DNA of 64,000 nucleotides from Desulfurococcaceae archaeon (GCA_020833415.1 JAJHQJ010000002.1:3840-67839); one strand, 5' to 3'. Positions 17,785-29,671 are shown, counted from the first letter of the stretch. Notes: generated by a model from the sequence alone, not told the origin. Numbers and translations are program-made.

Positions 17785-20700
17785 TGAGTATGAGTGCTGC
17801 AAGCTACTTAACACAGGATATTAGGTGGAGAATATTCGAGGATTACGCACGTAGTGTGGGACTGGTACGTCACCACATAGATTCCTTCAATAACTTTGTT
17901 GAGCGTGGGATTAAGGAAATAGTTAGAGGCTTAGGGGTTATCGAGATCCCGGTAAAGGAGGTTGAGGAGGGTAAGATAACTATAGAGTTCGTCGACGTCT
18001 ACATAGGTACGCCGAAGTTCCACGAAGTTGAGGGACATGTAGTTGATGTAACACCTATGGTAGCTAGACTGCGTAATCTAACCTATAGTGCTCAGATCAC
18101 AGCTAAGGTAGTAGTTAAGAGGGGCGATAACGTAATCTACGAAGATGAGGTACCCGTAGGGCAGCTCCCAGTAATGGTTAGGTCTAAGATAGACCCCACG
18201 TCTAGTATGAGTAAGGAGGAGCTCGTAAGTATAGGGGAGGACTGGAGGGATCCCGGAGGCTACTTCATAATTAACGGCTCTGAGAGGGTTATAGTAGCTC
18301 AGGAGGATCTAGCACCGAACAGGGTCTTCGTGGAGAAAGCCGAGGCAGGGGCGAACATCACCCACTCTGCTAAGATGATATCCGTTTCAGCCGGTCTTAG
18401 AGTTCCAACAATAGTCGATAGGCAGAAGGATGGTACCCTCGTTATTAACTTCCCAGCCCTCTTAGCTAAGGTACCGGTTGTAGTTGTAATGAAGGCCCTC
18501 GGATTGGTTACGGATAAGGAGATAGTCTATGCAGTCTCCCACGACCCCGAGATACAGCAGGAGCTACTGCCATCGCTTCTCCAGGCTCAGGAGATAAGGA
18601 CCAGAGAGGATGCTCTAGACTACATAGGGGCCAGGATCGCGGCTGGTCAGGTAGCTGAGGCTAGGAGGAAGAGGGCTGAGGAGGTACTGGATAGATACCT
18701 ATTCCCGCACCTAGGGACTGATCCCTCGCCGACTACGAGGCTCAGGAAGGCTCTCTACTTAGGTCAGATGGTCTGTAGACTCATAGAGCTGGTCCTCGGT
18801 AGACGGGAACCGGACGATAGGGATCACTACGGTAATAGGAGGCTCAGGCTAGCTGGAGACCTCCTAGCACAGCTCTTTAGAGTAGCCTTCAGGCAGTACG
18901 TAGAGGAACTCCGGAGTGCCCTAGAGAGGACTACAATCAGGCTCGGCCGTATAAATATAAGAGCCCTAGTGAGGCCTGACATAGTTACTGAGAGGCTTAG
19001 ACACGCCCTTGCTACAGGTAATTGGGTTGGAGGTAAGACTGGAGTTAGTCAAATGCTGGATAGGACTAACTGGACCTCTACACTAAGTCATCTTAGGAGG
19101 ACGGTATCCCCCTTAAGTAGGGGTCAGCCGCACTTTGAGGCTAGAGACGTTCACGGAACTCAGTTCGGCCGCATATGTCTGTTTGAGACCCCTGAAGGAC
19201 CTAACTGCGGTTTAGTTAAGAACCTAGCGCTCTACGTAAAGATCTCCACGGGTTCAGACCCCGAGGAGGTTCTAGCAGTACTTAGAAAACTAGGTATAAC
19301 TCTCGCTGAGGAGGTATTCAAGAGACTGGTTGAAGGTGATGAGGAGCTCTTGGGGAGGTTAAACGGCTATGCTAAGGTATTCCTGAACGGAACCCTGGTT
19401 GGCTACTACCCAGGTAGTGCGGAGTCCCTAGCAAAAGCCCTTACCCACCTAAGGAGGAAGGGTAGGCTTCATTATGAGACCAGTGTTAAGTACATACAGA
19501 CGGAGTACCTGAATGAGGTCTACATAAACACCGACGAGGGGAGAGCCCTCAGACCCCTAATAGTCGTGGATGGAGGTAAACCGCGCCTAACCAAGGAGCT
19601 CGTCGAGGAGTACCTCTCGGGTAAGCTAACCTTTGATGACCTAGTTAAGCACGGGGTCATCGAGTACGTAGACCCAGATGAGGAGGAGAACTGCTACATA
19701 GCTCTAGATCCGGAGGACCTTACCTTAGAGCATACACACCTCGAGCTCTGGCCGGCTGCTATAGTAGGTGTAGCGGCAGCAACAATACCGTACCTCGAGC
19801 ATAACCAGTCCCCGAGGAATACGTACCAGGCTGCTATGGCTAAGCAGGCGCTGGGTCTATACTCCGCGAACTTCAACCTAAGGTTCGATAGCCGAGCCCA
19901 CGTACTGCACTACCCCCAGAAACCCATCGTCCAGACGAGGTTCCTGGACCTAATAGGGTATAACGATAGGCCGGCAGGTCAGAACTTCATTGTCGCGGTG
20001 TTATCCTTTACCGGCTACAACATGGAGGACGCAGTTATACTAAATAGGTCCTCAGTTGAGAGGGGGCTTGCGCGAAGTACCTTCTACAGGGAGTACAGTA
20101 CGGAGGAGCTTAGATATGCTGGAGGTCAGATGGATAGAATAGAGATACCGGAGCCATCGGTTAGAGGCTATAGAGGTAGGGAGAATTACGCACTACTAGA
20201 TGAGGACGGGATCGTAGCTCCCGAGAATAAGGTGTTATCAGGTAACGTACTCATAGGTAAGACCTCACCCCCGAGGTTCATGGAGGAGTACAGGGAGCTA
20301 GGTATAGTCAGTACAACAAGGAGGGATACCTCAGTAACTCTAAAGCACGGCGATAGGGGTATAGTAGATACTGTGCTAGTCGCGGTATCAGCTGACGGGA
20401 ATAAACTGATAAGGGTTAAAGTTAGGGACCTGAGGATACCCGAGATCGGGGATAAGTTCGCATCGAGGCACGGTCAGAAGGGAGTGGTTGGTTTGCTGGT
20501 ACCTCAGTACGATATGCCGTACACACCTGAGGGTATAACCCCGGACCTGATTATAAACCCGCACGCACTACCCTCTAGGATGACTGTAGGTCAGTTGATA
20601 GAGACGATAGCCGGTAAGGTTGGTGCCGTATACGGTAGGTTCGTTGATGGTACCCCGTTCTACGGTGAGAAGTCGGAGAGACTTAAGGTGGAGTTACTAC

Positions 20701-21203
20701 TAAGGGGTTACCCGGACGACGGTACTGAGCCCATGTACGACGGTAGGACCGGGGAGCTGCTCTCGAACCCCGTCTTCATAGGTGTAGTCTACTACCAGAA
20801 ACTACACCACATGGTAGCTGATAAGATGCACGCAAGGGCTAGGGGACCTGTTCAGCTACTTACCAGACAGCCAACAGAGGGTAGGGCTAGGGAGGGAGGG
20901 CTTAGGTTCGGTGAGATGGAGAGGGACTGTCTAATCGGGCACGGTGCAGCACTACTACTCCAGGAGAGGATGCTTGAGAGCTCCGACAAGGTCATTATAT
21001 ACGTATGCGAGGAGTGCGGGTTGATCGGGTGGTTCGATAGAAAGAAAGGGAGGTACGTCTGCCCTCTACACGGAGATAAGGGAAGGCTCCACCCGGTTAA
21101 GGTAAGCTACGCATTTAAGTTACTACTACAGGAGCTTATGTCCATGCTAATATACCCGAAGATCATGCTTGGAGATAGGTACGAGCTTTCTAGAGGTGGG
21201 TAG
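17784..21203 (+). CDS. rpoB: RNA polymerase subunit Rpo2 (RpoB, unsplit)
   Basis: 1139-aa ORF with ...[12 protein letters not shown]...[14 protein letters not shown].... Confidence 0.97.
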   Translation: MSMSAASYLTQDIRWRIFEDYARSVGLVRHHIDSFNNFVERGIKEIVRGLGVIEIPVKEVEEGKITIEFVDVYIGTPKFHEVEGHVVDVTPMVARLRNLTYSAQITAKVVVKRGDNVIYEDEVPVGQLPVMVRSKIDPTSSMSKEELVSIGEDWRDPGGYFIINGSERVIVAQEDLAPNRVFVEKAEAGANITHSAKMISVSAGLRVPTIVDRQKDGTLVINFPALLAKVPVVVVMKALGLVTDKEIVYAVSHDPEIQQELLPSLLQAQEIRTREDALDYIGARIAAGQVAEARRKRAEEVLDRYLFPHLGTDPSPTTRLRKALYLGQMVCRLIELVLGRREPDDRDHYGNRRLRLAGDLLAQLFRVAFRQYVEELRSALERTTIRLGRINIRALVRPDIVTERLRHALATGNWVGGKTGVSQMLDRTNWTSTLSHLRRTVSPLSRGQPHFEARDVHGTQFGRICLFETPEGPNCGLVKNLALYVKISTGSDPEEVLAVLRKLGITLAEEVFKRLVEGDEELLGRLNGYAKVFLNGTLVGYYPGSAESLAKALTHLRRKGRLHYETSVKYIQTEYLNEVYINTDEGRALRPLIVVDGGKPRLTKELVEEYLSGKLTFDDLVKHGVIEYVDPDEEENCYIALDPEDLTLEHTHLELWPAAIVGVAAATIPYLEHNQSPRNTYQAAMAKQALGLYSANFNLRFDSRAHVLHYPQKPIVQTRFLDLIGYNDRPAGQNFIVAVLSFTGYNMEDAVILNRSSVERGLARSTFYREYSTEELRYAGGQMDRIEIPEPSVRGYRGRENYALLDEDGIVAPENKVLSGNVLIGKTSPPRFMEEYRELGIVSTTRRDTSVTLKHGDRGIVDTVLVAVSADGNKLIRVKVRDLRIPEIGDKFASRHGQKGVVGLLVPQYDMPYTPEGITPDLIINPHALPSRMTVGQLIETIAGKVGAVYGRFVDGTPFYGEKSERLKVELLLRGYPDDGTEPMYDGRTGELLSNPVFIGVVYYQKLHHMVADKMHARARGPVQLLTRQPTEGRAREGGLRFGEMERDCLIGHGAALLLQERMLESSDKVIIYVCEECGLIGWFDRKKGRYVCPLHGDKGRLHPVKVSYAFKLLLQELMSMLIYPKIMLGDRYELSRGG

Positions 21204-21205
21204 CT

Positions 21206-23854
21206 GTGGCGGAGGCTGAGAAAGTAATACGTGGGATCAAGTTCGGAATACTATCCCCGGAGATGATCAGGAAGATCTCGGTTACAGCAATAGTTACGCC
21301 CGAGGTCTACGATGAGAACGGCATACCAGTAGAGGGGGGTGTGATGGATCCAAGGCTAGGTGTAATTGAACCTGGACAGAGGTGTGCTACGTGCGGTAAC
21401 ACCCTAGCGCAATGTCCTGGTCATTTCGGGCATCTAGAGCTAGCTAAGCCGATAATACACGTAGGCTTTGTTAGACACGTATATATGCTACTGAAGACTA
21501 CGTGTCACGCATGTAATAGAGTTAAGATACCTGAGAAGGACCTGGAGAGGTATAGGGAGCTCTATAGGAAGCTTAAGGATAGATGGCCTCAGTTAGCAAA
21601 CAGCTTAGTCGAGTTCGTTAGGCAGAAGGCTGCGAAAGCCCTTGAATGCCCTCACTGCGGAGCTAGGCAGTACAAGATAATTCTGGAGAAGCCGGCTACA
21701 TTCATAGAGGAAGGGGGTAGGGGTAAGCTATACCCGGACGTAATAAAGCAGTGGCTTAGTAACATACCTAACACAGACCTAGAGGTCCTAGGTCTCGACC
21801 CGGAGGTAGCTAGACCTGAGTGGATGATAGTAAACGTTCTTCCGATACCGCCAATAGCCGTTAGACCTTCCATAGTCCTAGAGACAGGTATGAGAGCTGA
21901 GGATGACTTAACGCATAAGCTGGTTGACATAATAAGAACTAACGAGAAGCTTAAGGAGGCCATAAACTCGGGAGCTCCCGAGATAATAGTTGAGGACCTA
22001 TGGGAACTCCTCCAGTACCACGTAATGACCTACATAGATAACGAGCTCCCCGGAATACCGCCAGCTAAGAGAAGGTCGGGGATGCCCCTTAAGACCCTAG
22101 CTCAGAGACTTAGGGGTAAGGAGGGTAGGTTCAGGGGGAACCTATCCGGTAAGAGGGTAGACTTCTCAGCTAGGACTGTTATAAGCCCAGACCCCAACCT
22201 CGATATAAACGAGGTGGGGGTCCCCTACGAGGTAGCTATGACCCTTACGGTACCTGAGTATGTAACTCCGTGGAACCTGGATAGAATGAGGGAGTACGTG
22301 CTTAACGGCCCCTATAGGTGGCCTGGTGCTAACTACGTAATAGACCCAAGCGGTAGGAGGTTAGACCTAAGGTACGTTAAGGACCTCAAGGCTCTTGCGG
22401 AGAGCCTTAAGCCGGGCTACATAGTTGAGAGGCACTTAATTAACGGCGATATCGTGCTCTTCAATAGACAGCCATCGCTACACAAGATGTCCATAATGGC
22501 TCACAGGGTTAGGGTCCTACCAGGCAAGACCTTCCGCCTACACCTAGCTGTGTGTCCTCCGTATAACGCGGACTTCGATGGGGATGAGATGAACCTTCAC
22601 GTACCTCAGACCCTAGAGGCTAGGGCGGAGGCTGAGGAATTATTACTAGTTGAGAAGCATATACTAAGCCCTAGGTACGGAGGTCCTATAATCGGTGGTA
22701 TACAGGACTACATAAGTGGGGGCTACCTACTGACGCTTAAGTCAACTCTACTCACTAAGGAGCAGGTCGCAGACCTACTAGCAACCATAGACTACTCCGG
22801 GGAGATACCCGAGCCGGCGATCCTCTCCCCTATAGAGGCTTGGTCGGGGAAGCAGATCCTCAGCCTACTCCTACCCGAGGACTTCAACTTTATGGGAGAG
22901 ACGAAGCTATCCTCCGGTAACCTGAAGTGCACCTCTGAGGAGTGCTTCTGGGACACCTTCCTAGTAGTTAAGAGGGGTAAGGTACTGGAGGGTGTAGTAG
23001 ATAAGACTGTTATAGGGTCCCAGCAGCCTAAGTCCCTCATGCACTACCTGATAGTGGAGTACGGTGATAGGTTCGGTGCGGAGTTCATGAACAAGGCGTT
23101 CAAGCTATTCCTCAGGTACATAGAGATGGTAGGCTTCACCATGACCTTAGACAATGTAGAGCTGAGAGATAAAGCCCTGGCTGAAGCTTGGGAGTACGTC
23201 CAGAACTCATACAAGGAGGTCGAGAAGCTTATAGAGCTGTACAACTCCGGTCAGCTAGAGCCGGTACCGGGTAGGACCCTAGCTGAGACCCTGGAGATTA
23301 GGATCCTAGATGTACTGGCTAAGGCTAGGGATGAGGGAGGTTCCATGGCGTTGAAGTACATGGGTCTGACCAACTCGGTCTACGTTATGGCTAGGACCGG
23401 TGCTAGAGGTAGTAATCTCAACATAATCCAGATGGCGGTACTACTCGGGCAGCAGTCGGTGAGAGGTGAGAGGATATGGAGAGGCTATAGAGGGAGGGTA
23501 CTAGCCCACTTTAAGTACGGCGACCTAAGCCCTAAGGCGAGGGGCTTTGTAGAGGGTTCATTCCGTAAGGGACTTACACCCATTGAGGTCTTCTTCCATG
23601 CTGCAGGAGGGCGTGAGGGGCTGGTAGATACGGCTGTTAGGACATCTCAGAGCGGGTACATGCAGAGGAGGCTGATAAACGCTCTCCAGGACCTCTACGT
23701 AGGGTACGACCTGACAGTTAGAAGTGCGTATGGAGAACTGGTCCAGTTTAAGTACGGAGAGGACGGTGTTGACCCGAGGAAGACCTCATTCGGTAAGGCC
23801 GTCGATGTAGATAGAATAATAGTTAAGAACGTTGGGTGGAGGATGACCCCATGA
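21206..23854 (+). CDS. rpoA1: RNA polymerase subunit Rpo1N (RpoA-prime)
   Basis: 882-aa ORF with a zinc motif and [12 protein letters not shown]. Confidence 0.97.
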   Translation: MAEAEKVIRGIKFGILSPEMIRKISVTAIVTPEVYDENGIPVEGGVMDPRLGVIEPGQRCATCGNTLAQCPGHFGHLELAKPIIHVGFVRHVYMLLKTTCHACNRVKIPEKDLERYRELYRKLKDRWPQLANSLVEFVRQKAAKALECPHCGARQYKIILEKPATFIEEGGRGKLYPDVIKQWLSNIPNTDLEVLGLDPEVARPEWMIVNVLPIPPIAVRPSIVLETGMRAEDDLTHKLVDIIRTNEKLKEAINSGAPEIIVEDLWELLQYHVMTYIDNELPGIPPAKRRSGMPLKTLAQRLRGKEGRFRGNLSGKRVDFSARTVISPDPNLDINEVGVPYEVAMTLTVPEYVTPWNLDRMREYVLNGPYRWPGANYVIDPSGRRLDLRYVKDLKALAESLKPGYIVERHLINGDIVLFNRQPSLHKMSIMAHRVRVLPGKTFRLHLAVCPPYNADFDGDEMNLHVPQTLEARAEAEELLLVEKHILSPRYGGPIIGGIQDYISGGYLLTLKSTLLTKEQVADLLATIDYSGEIPEPAILSPIEAWSGKQILSLLLPEDFNFMGETKLSSGNLKCTSEECFWDTFLVVKRGKVLEGVVDKTVIGSQQPKSLMHYLIVEYGDRFGAEFMNKAFKLFLRYIEMVGFTMTLDNVELRDKALAEAWEYVQNSYKEVEKLIELYNSGQLEPVPGRTLAETLEIRILDVLAKARDEGGSMALKYMGLTNSVYVMARTGARGSNLNIIQMAVLLGQQSVRGERIWRGYRGRVLAHFKYGDLSPKARGFVEGSFRKGLTPIEVFFHAAGGREGLVDTAVRTSQSGYMQRRLINALQDLYVGYDLTVRSAYGELVQFKYGEDGVDPRKTSFGKAVDVDRIIVKNVGWRMTP

Positions 23855-25332
23855 GCGGGAAGTCTAGGACTAAGGGTACGTCTAGGAGGAGGAAGGTGGA
23901 GGAGAGAAGACCTAGCGAGGAGGTAGAGAGGGTTAGAAAGGCTGTTCTAGAACCCGGAGAGCTTGCGGATAGGCTTGTGGAGGAGCTTCACCTACGTGAG
24001 AAGTTGCCTGGAGTGCTCATAGAGAGGGTTAGGAGTATGGTACTTAGCAAGTACGCTACCGGTCCCGATGAGGAGGCGATGAGGCATGAGCTGGAGAAGC
24101 TGGCTACCCTTGCTGGGAGGGTCTATAGCGTTATGAGATCCATCGAGGAGAGGGTCCCGAGGGCCGTATTTGAGGAGGCTTTAGTTAAGGTATTAGAAGT
24201 AACTGTACGCTTCTCACTAACCGATGACGAGATAGCTAGAATAAGGGACGATATAGAGTCGACATATCTGAAAGCTATAGTAGAACCCGGGGAGCCCGTT
24301 GGAACTGTAGCTGCGCAGTCTATTGGGGAACCGAGTACCCAGATGACGTTGAGAACCTTCCACTTCGCAGGGGTTAGGGAGCTTAACGTAACCCTAGGGC
24401 TTCCACGACTTATAGAACTGGTCGACGCTAAGAGGAAGCCTGAGACACCGATCATGGAGATATACCTTAAGGATGAGTACAGGTACGACCTTAACGCAAC
24501 TCTAAGTTTAGCTAGGAGACTGGAGTACACTACCCTAGAGAACGTCACAGCATCGGCTGACGTAGACCTAGCTACTGAGAGTATAATCATTAGGCTCGAT
24601 AAGGAGATGCTTGAGGATAAGGGTCTTACCGTAGGTGACGTTGTCGCAGCTCTGTCGAAGCACAAGGCCCTTGCTGGAAGGGTTAGGCTGGAGGAGTCCG
24701 AGTATGAGCTCCCGGTAATTGTAGTGGAGGTACCTAAGGCCTACGCACACATAACCAAGATCCTGAAATTCAGGGAGAGGTTACTGAAGGTTAAGTTAAA
24801 GGGGGTTAAGGGGGTAAGGAAGGTTATCCTACAGAGAAGACTCGAACCATCCACAGGTAGATACGAGTACGTACTGTTAACAGAGGGCTCGAACCTAGCT
24901 GAGGTCCTGGCTCTGCCTCAGGTAGACCATAGGAAGACCAAGACCAACGATATCCATGAGATTGAGAGGGTCCTAGGAATAGAGGCCGCCCGCTACGCCC
25001 TAATAACGGAGATAATGAATACCCTTAGAGAGCAGGGTCTAGAGGTTGATGTGAGACACGTCATGCTTGTCGCAGACTTGATGACGTGGACAGGTGTCGT
25101 CAGGCAGATAGGTCGTCACGGTGTTGTGGGGGAGAAGAGGAGCGTCCTAGCTAGAGCAGCCTTCGAGGTGACTACTAAGCAGCTCTTCGATGCTAGTGCT
25201 TCCGGAGAGGTAGATACCCTTAGGGGTGTTGCTGAGAACGTAGTTATCGGGCAGCTAATACCGTTCGGTACAGCTATGGTAGAGCTTAAAACTAGTCCTC
25301 AACTACTAGCTAAGGGGTGGGAGAGCAAGTGA
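23851..25332 (+). CDS. rpoA2: RNA polymerase subunit Rpo1C (RpoA-double-prime) with an extended charged N-terminus
   Basis: Track ORF 23836..25332. ATG 23851 overlaps the rpoA1 TGA (ATGA). ...[31 protein letters not shown].... Confidence 0.95.
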   Translation: MSGKSRTKGTSRRRKVEERRPSEEVERVRKAVLEPGELADRLVEELHLREKLPGVLIERVRSMVLSKYATGPDEEAMRHELEKLATLAGRVYSVMRSIEERVPRAVFEEALVKVLEVTVRFSLTDDEIARIRDDIESTYLKAIVEPGEPVGTVAAQSIGEPSTQMTLRTFHFAGVRELNVTLGLPRLIELVDAKRKPETPIMEIYLKDEYRYDLNATLSLARRLEYTTLENVTASADVDLATESIIIRLDKEMLEDKGLTVGDVVAALSKHKALAGRVRLEESEYELPVIVVEVPKAYAHITKILKFRERLLKVKLKGVKGVRKVILQRRLEPSTGRYEYVLLTEGSNLAEVLALPQVDHRKTKTNDIHEIERVLGIEAARYALITEIMNTLREQGLEVDVRHVMLVADLMTWTGVVRQIGRHGVVGEKRSVLARAAFEVTTKQLFDASASGEVDTLRGVAENVVIGQLIPFGTAMVELKTSPQLLAKGWESK

Positions 25333-25649
25333 GCGAAGCTCTAAGGTCGGAGCTAGAGAGGGAGGTAAAGAACTTGGTGAGGACCGGTAAGTTCATACTG
25401 GGGGCGAGGAAGAGCTTGAAGGCTTTACTCCTAGGTAAGGCTAAAGCAGTTGTAGTAGCGGATAAGATACTGCCGACTATAGAGGCGGATGTACTTCACT
25501 ACGCTAAGCTGGGGGGAGTACCTGTGATAAAGTTCCCCGGGACTAGCTACGAGCTAGGTCTAGTCTGCGGTAGGCAGCACCCCGTATCCGTGATAGCGGT
25601 ACTAGACTTCGGTGAATCGAAGCTGAGTGAGGTGGGGAAGGCTGTCTGA
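25317..25649 (+). CDS. rpl30e: 50S ribosomal protein eL30
   Basis: 110-aa ORF, ...[25 protein letters not shown].... The start may instead be the GTG at 25329, overlapping the rpoA2 stop. Confidence 0.9.
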   Translation: MGEQVSEALRSELEREVKNLVRTGKFILGARKSLKALLLGKAKAVVVADKILPTIEADVLHYAKLGGVPVIKFPGTSYELGLVCGRQHPVSVIAVLDFGESKLSEVGKAV

Positions 25650-26076
25650 GATAAGGCTTAGTAATGAAGAGCTTAGATACATGGCACTTTTCAGCGATAT
25701 AACCGGAACCGATGTTAAGGACTGCATAATTGACCCAGAAAGCGGGACTATAGTGTTCATAGTGCCCCCAGGTAAGGCTGGCCTAGCTATAGGTAGCAGG
25801 GGGGTTAACGTTAAGAGACTCTCCAAGATCCTCGGTAAGAGGATCGAGGTGGTTGAGTGGGCGGATAACCTAGAGGACTTCGTTAAGAACCTCTTCCTCC
25901 CAGCTAGGGTCCTAGGGACTAGCCTAATGAAGCTTAAGGACGGGAGGAAGGTTCTGTACGTTAGGGTGAACCCGGAGGATAAGGGTCTAGCTATAGGTAA
26001 GGGAGGTAAGAACGTCAATAAGGCTAGGATCATACTTAAGAGGTACTTCGATATAGACGTGGTCTCAATAATCTAG
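25627..26076 (+). CDS. nusA: Archaeal NusA-like protein (two KH domains)
   Basis: 149-aa ORF, GLAIGSRGVNVKRL... and GLAIGKGGKNVNKA.... Confidence 0.9.
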   Translation: MRWGRLSEIRLSNEELRYMALFSDITGTDVKDCIIDPESGTIVFIVPPGKAGLAIGSRGVNVKRLSKILGKRIEVVEWADNLEDFVKNLFLPARVLGTSLMKLKDGRKVLYVRVNPEDKGLAIGKGGKNVNKARIILKRYFDIDVVSII

Positions 26077-26081
26077 GTAGG

Positions 26082-26093
26082 GCTTATAAGTAT
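26082..26093 (+). promoter_or_regulatory. TATA-like box (GCTTATAAGTAT) upstream of rps12
   Basis: About 36 nt upstream of GTG 26123. Confidence 0.4.
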
Positions 26094-26122
26094 ACAGTAG
26101 CCTCTGTCTGTGAGGTGGGGGA

Positions 26123-26566
26123 GTGCCGGGGTCTAAGGCACCTAAGGGGCTCTACGCGGCTAGGAAGCTTAGGCTGAAGAGACTTAAGTTTAGGTGGTCC
26201 CAGAGGGACTTTAGAGTAAGGATGCTCCGCCTAAAGGAGAAGTACGACCCACTGGAGGGGGCTCCTATGGCACGTGGTATAGTGATAGAGAAGGTCGGTA
26301 TAGAGTCTAGGCAACCGAACTCAGCACTCAGGAAGTGTGTACGTGTTCAGCTCGTTAAGAACGGTAAGGTAGTCACAGCGTTCGTACCCTGGGACGGTGG
26401 TATAACGTTCATAGATGAGCACGATGAGGTAATAATAGAGGGTATTGGAGGAACCAGAGGTAGATCTATGGGAGACCTACCCGGCGTTAGGTATAAGGTC
26501 GTAGCTGTTAACGGGGTTTCACTTAAGGAACTACTACGGGGTAGGAAGCAGAAGCCCATGAGGTAG
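26123..26566 (+). CDS. rps12: 30S ribosomal protein uS12
   Basis: 147-aa ORF, ...[20 protein letters not shown]...PGVRYKVV.... Confidence 0.95.
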   Translation: MPGSKAPKGLYAARKLRLKRLKFRWSQRDFRVRMLRLKEKYDPLEGAPMARGIVIEKVGIESRQPNSALRKCVRVQLVKNGKVVTAFVPWDGGITFIDEHDEVIIEGIGGTRGRSMGDLPGVRYKVVAVNGVSLKELLRGRKQKPMR

Positions 26567-26581
26567 GAGGTTCGGTAGTTT

Positions 26582-27532
26582 TTGAGGACGGTAGTAGTAA
26601 CACACACCGACCTAGACGGAACCGCCTCGGCAGCAATACTCCTCAGGTACCTAGGTCGCATAGATAAATTCCTCTTCATCCAGCCCAGTAACCTAGCGAA
26701 AGCTTTATCGGGATTAAACTGCGGTAATGAGTGCTCGGTCTACGTATGTGATCTCAGCCCCAATAGCAGTAACTTCACGGTGATAGCTAAGTCCCTGAGT
26801 AAGTTAGTGGGGAAGGGGGTTACCGTATGGTGGTTCGACCACCACGTATGGGACGCTAACTGGATCTCTGAGCTCGGTAGGATCGGTGTTAGACTCTTTA
26901 TAGATAGGTATACGTGTGCTGCAGGTGCGGTAGTCAAGTACCTGGGAATAGCTGACGAGGTTTCGGTTAGACTGGCCAGAGCTGCATGCTCCCTAGATAT
27001 GTGGGTTTTCGATGACTGGTTAGGTAACTTCCTAGCTCGCTATGTTGGGTTTAGTAAGAGCTCTAACTGGCGGAGGAGAACTGCTGAGAAGCTCTCCTTG
27101 GGAGGGCTCTTCGATGAGGAGGTTCTGAGGGTGGTTGAGGAGAGCGTGGATAGGGAGCTTAAGATCCTTTCGGAGGCGTTAAGGAAGAGTAAGGTTAAAG
27201 AGGTTTGTGGAGGTATTCGTATAGCGTACTACTACAAGTCCGTTAAGGATCACGTAACCTCCTACATAGCCTCCCTACAGATGTCTAGGTTCTCAGCTGA
27301 TGTATCTTTGATCTGCAGAAAGGGCTCAGCAAGCTTGAGGAGTAGGGGTTCTGTAAACGTACGTGAGGTAGCCAAGAAGCTGGGAGGTGGAGGGCATGAG
27401 TACGCAGCGGGGTTCTCTGTTAGGCCACACCTACTTCACAGAATCCTATTATACCTAGGCATAACCGGTCCCTACACTGAGTGGTGCGTATCTAAGGTAG
27501 AGAAAGCTCTATGTAGCGGCAATTCTAACTGA
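26582..27532 (+). CDS. DHH/DHHA1-family phosphoesterase
   Basis: 316 aa; HTDLDG (motif I), WWFDHH (DHH), GGGHEYAAGF (DHHA1 GGGH). Confidence 0.75.
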   Translation: MRTVVVTHTDLDGTASAAILLRYLGRIDKFLFIQPSNLAKALSGLNCGNECSVYVCDLSPNSSNFTVIAKSLSKLVGKGVTVWWFDHHVWDANWISELGRIGVRLFIDRYTCAAGAVVKYLGIADEVSVRLARAACSLDMWVFDDWLGNFLARYVGFSKSSNWRRRTAEKLSLGGLFDEEVLRVVEESVDRELKILSEALRKSKVKEVCGGIRIAYYYKSVKDHVTSYIASLQMSRFSADVSLICRKGSASLRSRGSVNVREVAKKLGGGGHEYAAGFSVRPHLLHRILLYLGITGPYTEWCVSKVEKALCSGNSN

Positions 27533-27562
27533 AGGTAGAGTCCTCCGAGGAGTTGGGGGTCT

Positions 27563-28171
27563 ATGGGGGAGTTCTCTGCTGGTAGCATTAGAACACGTAG
27601 TAGCAGTTCTTCTAAGGTCTCCGGACTAGACCTCTCAGCCGAGAGCTACAACTGCAGTGGTTATGCAGTTATAGATTTCCGGGATAGACGTCTTACTAAG
27701 CTCGAGTGTCTCTATAGCGATGAGCAGATAGTTTCGGCAGTACTCTCCGATTCCGTAGTCTTGGTTAGTATTGACGCCCCTCTAATGGAGGTACCCCGCT
27801 TTAGGGAGGTGGATAGAGTGGCGATAAGTAGGGGGTTTAGGGTCTTGCCACCTACGTTTAAGCACATGAGGAAGCTTACTGAGAGAGCGTGGAAGCTCTA
27901 CGGGGAGCTGGTAGCAGCTGGTGTACGGGTAATAGAGACCCACCCGAGGAGCGCCCTTAAAAGCTCGGGGGCTCGGGATGTGGTAAGCTTAGCACATACC
28001 GTAGGGGTAGACCTCGGAGAGCTAGGTAGTAGGTTAGTAAAGAAAGACCTAACTGACGCCCTAGTAGCTGCTATAGTAGCTCTATGCTACCTTAAGGGAG
28101 ACTGTGTGGACTCTATAAGTGCTAATGATGGTGTTATATACATACTGAAAAAGTTAGATGAGCGATTTTAA
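27563..28171 (+). CDS. Predicted RNase H-fold protein (DUF429-like)
   Basis: 202 aa; GLDLS...IDAPL...ETHP...DALVAA pattern recalled from DUF429. Assignment from memory only. Confidence 0.45.
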   Translation: MGEFSAGSIRTRSSSSSKVSGLDLSAESYNCSGYAVIDFRDRRLTKLECLYSDEQIVSAVLSDSVVLVSIDAPLMEVPRFREVDRVAISRGFRVLPPTFKHMRKLTERAWKLYGELVAAGVRVIETHPRSALKSSGARDVVSLAHTVGVDLGELGSRLVKKDLTDALVAAIVALCYLKGDCVDSISANDGVIYILKKLDERF

Positions 28172-28363
28172 CTACCCCTTCTTACTCTTCTCCCTCCCTT
28201 TCTCCTTCGCCTTGGACTGCTCCTTAGATTGCCTCTCCCCCTCTTTTTCGCCCCTCTCCCCACCTATACCCATGAACAGAGTAGTTCTCTGCCTACCCCC
28301 CACGCTAGCACCGTGAGCTAGGGATTTCCAAGCTTAAAAGCGGGTGAACACTTAGTGTAGTGG

Positions 28364-28411
28364 ATGATGATTAAGCCGAGTACCGACTATGAGGTATCTC
28401 CCGAAGTCTGA
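28364..28411 (+). ncRNA. Candidate C/D box sRNA
   Basis: C ATGATGA (28364-70), 12 nt, D-prime CCGA (28383-86), 2 nt, C-prime ATGAGGT (28389-95), 12 nt, D CTGA (28408-11). This is the canonical archaeal 12-nt spacer geometry, in a 600-bp intergenic region. Confidence 0.55.
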
Positions 28412-28448
28412 CCTAACCTCCTCCCGTCCTGAGGACAAGGTTTTAATC
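28408..28448 (-). repeat. Degenerate short hairpin repeat
   Basis: The reverse complement reads TTAC|GATTAAAACCTTGTCCTCAGGACGGGAGGAGGTTAGGTCAG, same skeleton as the consensus. Overlaps the putative D box. Confidence 0.5.
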
Positions 28449-28773
28449 GTAAAGCTATTACTATGGATGTAACTGTGTTATTTGTTAGGAGGTTGCTTCC
28501 GTTGCTTCCCTAAAACTCCCACCCCCGATCTCCATCTCTTAACGTCTTCCCTCTTTGACTTAACATCTTCATTCCCACCAACTGCTGGTACTTCTAAAGT
28601 CCTTATGGATTCCACGATCTCTGAGGTCTGTTAGACGTACATGTCATTAGCGGGGAGGGTTCAGCGTCTAGTATGGTTAGAGGGAATTCAGTACTCCACA
28701 TAGAAGTTAGGGTATCTGCGTACTTATCTGCCTTAGCTTATTAAGCTCTACAGAACTAGTTAGAGAGGAAGCT

Positions 28774-29046
28774 ATGGTAAGGAGTTCGCCATCTACTCAA
28801 GCAGCAACTATACTGGAGGTAGTAGCTAGACTCGGTGGTGTGGCCTCGGGAGAGGCTGTTTATGTCGAGCTGAGAAAGTCTAGTGATATTTCACTTGGAG
28901 AGTTCATGAGGTTACTAATGGTATTAGAGCTTAGAGGACTGGTGAGGGTAACTACAGCATCCGAGAGTAAGTTCTTCATACACCTTACTGAGAGAGCTAT
29001 AAAGATACTTACTACTAGGGAAGCTCCTGAAGAGGAGAGTAGCTGA
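28774..29046 (+). CDS. Small winged-helix DNA-binding protein (putative)
   Basis: 90-aa ORF; ...ILEVVARLGG.ASGEAVYVELRK...LMVLELRGLVRV... wHTH-like pattern. TATA-like CTTATTAAGC 34 nt upstream. Confidence 0.5.
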   Translation: MVRSSPSTQAATILEVVARLGGVASGEAVYVELRKSSDISLGEFMRLLMVLELRGLVRVTTASESKFFIHLTERAIKILTTREAPEEESS

Positions 29047-29147
29047 GGATACTCCGTAGTCAAAGCTTCCGAACTTCCCTACATCCTTAAGGTAGGGGGC
29101 TAATGTGAGACCGGGAGCTATGACCTAAACTTTCCTCTACGACATCC

Positions 29148-29516
29148 TTAGCCTGTTCTCCAAATGAAGTCCGGGATCTCCTTAAGGTTTATTATTGGGA
29201 CGTTTATGGTGCCCGGTCTAAACCCCTTACTAAACTCTATGTGCTCCCCGAGTTCGTCAGACCTAACTACTACGTAGTTCCTGTCTAGAGGGAGCTTACA
29301 CCCATCGTCAACCCAGTAGTACATGAGGGGTACTCCGTAATACCTATAGAAGTCCTTAAAAACTGCCATAACTCCATACACACAGTTACCGCCCTCCACG
29401 GTAAACCTAATTATATAGGTCGGTTGCCCCATCATAATCCCCGAAGCCGCTAACCTAGCTAAGTCCGAGAAGTCCTTAACTCTAATTCTAACTAACCTAC
29501 CCTCAAACCCCTCCAT
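29148..29516 (-). CDS. Hypothetical protein
   Basis: 122-aa ORF; no family recognised. Confidence 0.5.
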   Translation of the reverse strand: MEGFEGRLVRIRVKDFSDLARLAASGIMMGQPTYIIRFTVEGGNCVYGVMAVFKDFYRYYGVPLMYYWVDDGCKLPLDRNYVVVRSDELGEHIEFSKGFRPGTINVPIINLKEIPDFIWRTG

Positions 29517-29557
29517 CTCTAAGCCCTAGATACTACCCCTAGGCAACAGTTATAACT

Positions 29558-29596
29558 CTGACCTCCTCCCGCCCCAAGAGTGGTAGACTCCCAGTT
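29558..29596 (-). repeat. Divergent short hairpin repeat
   Basis: The reverse complement reads TTAC|AACTGGGAGTCTACCACTCTTGGGGCGGGAGGAGGTCAG. Ends are conserved but the left stem arm is not. Confidence 0.55.
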
Positions 29597-29671
29597 GTAA
29601 GCTAGGAGTCCTACTACAGGGAGCTAGTCCGGAGCTTTAAAGCTGTGTAGTTAAAGAGAATCTAGGCTAGG

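Noticed and set aside
17784-25332. Inteins or split genes in rpoB/rpoA, and likewise in rtcB.
   Set aside because: Lengths and contiguous conserved motifs are as expected for unsplit RpoB and the normal A-prime/A-double-prime split. No Hint-domain-like insertions were seen.
28172-28273. 33-aa Lys/Glu-rich minus-strand ORF (MGIGGERGEKEGERQSKEQSKAKEKGREKSKKG) in a CT-rich tract.
   Set aside because: It is a low-complexity purine/pyrimidine tract, too short, with no recognisable family and no TATA-like box at the usual distance.
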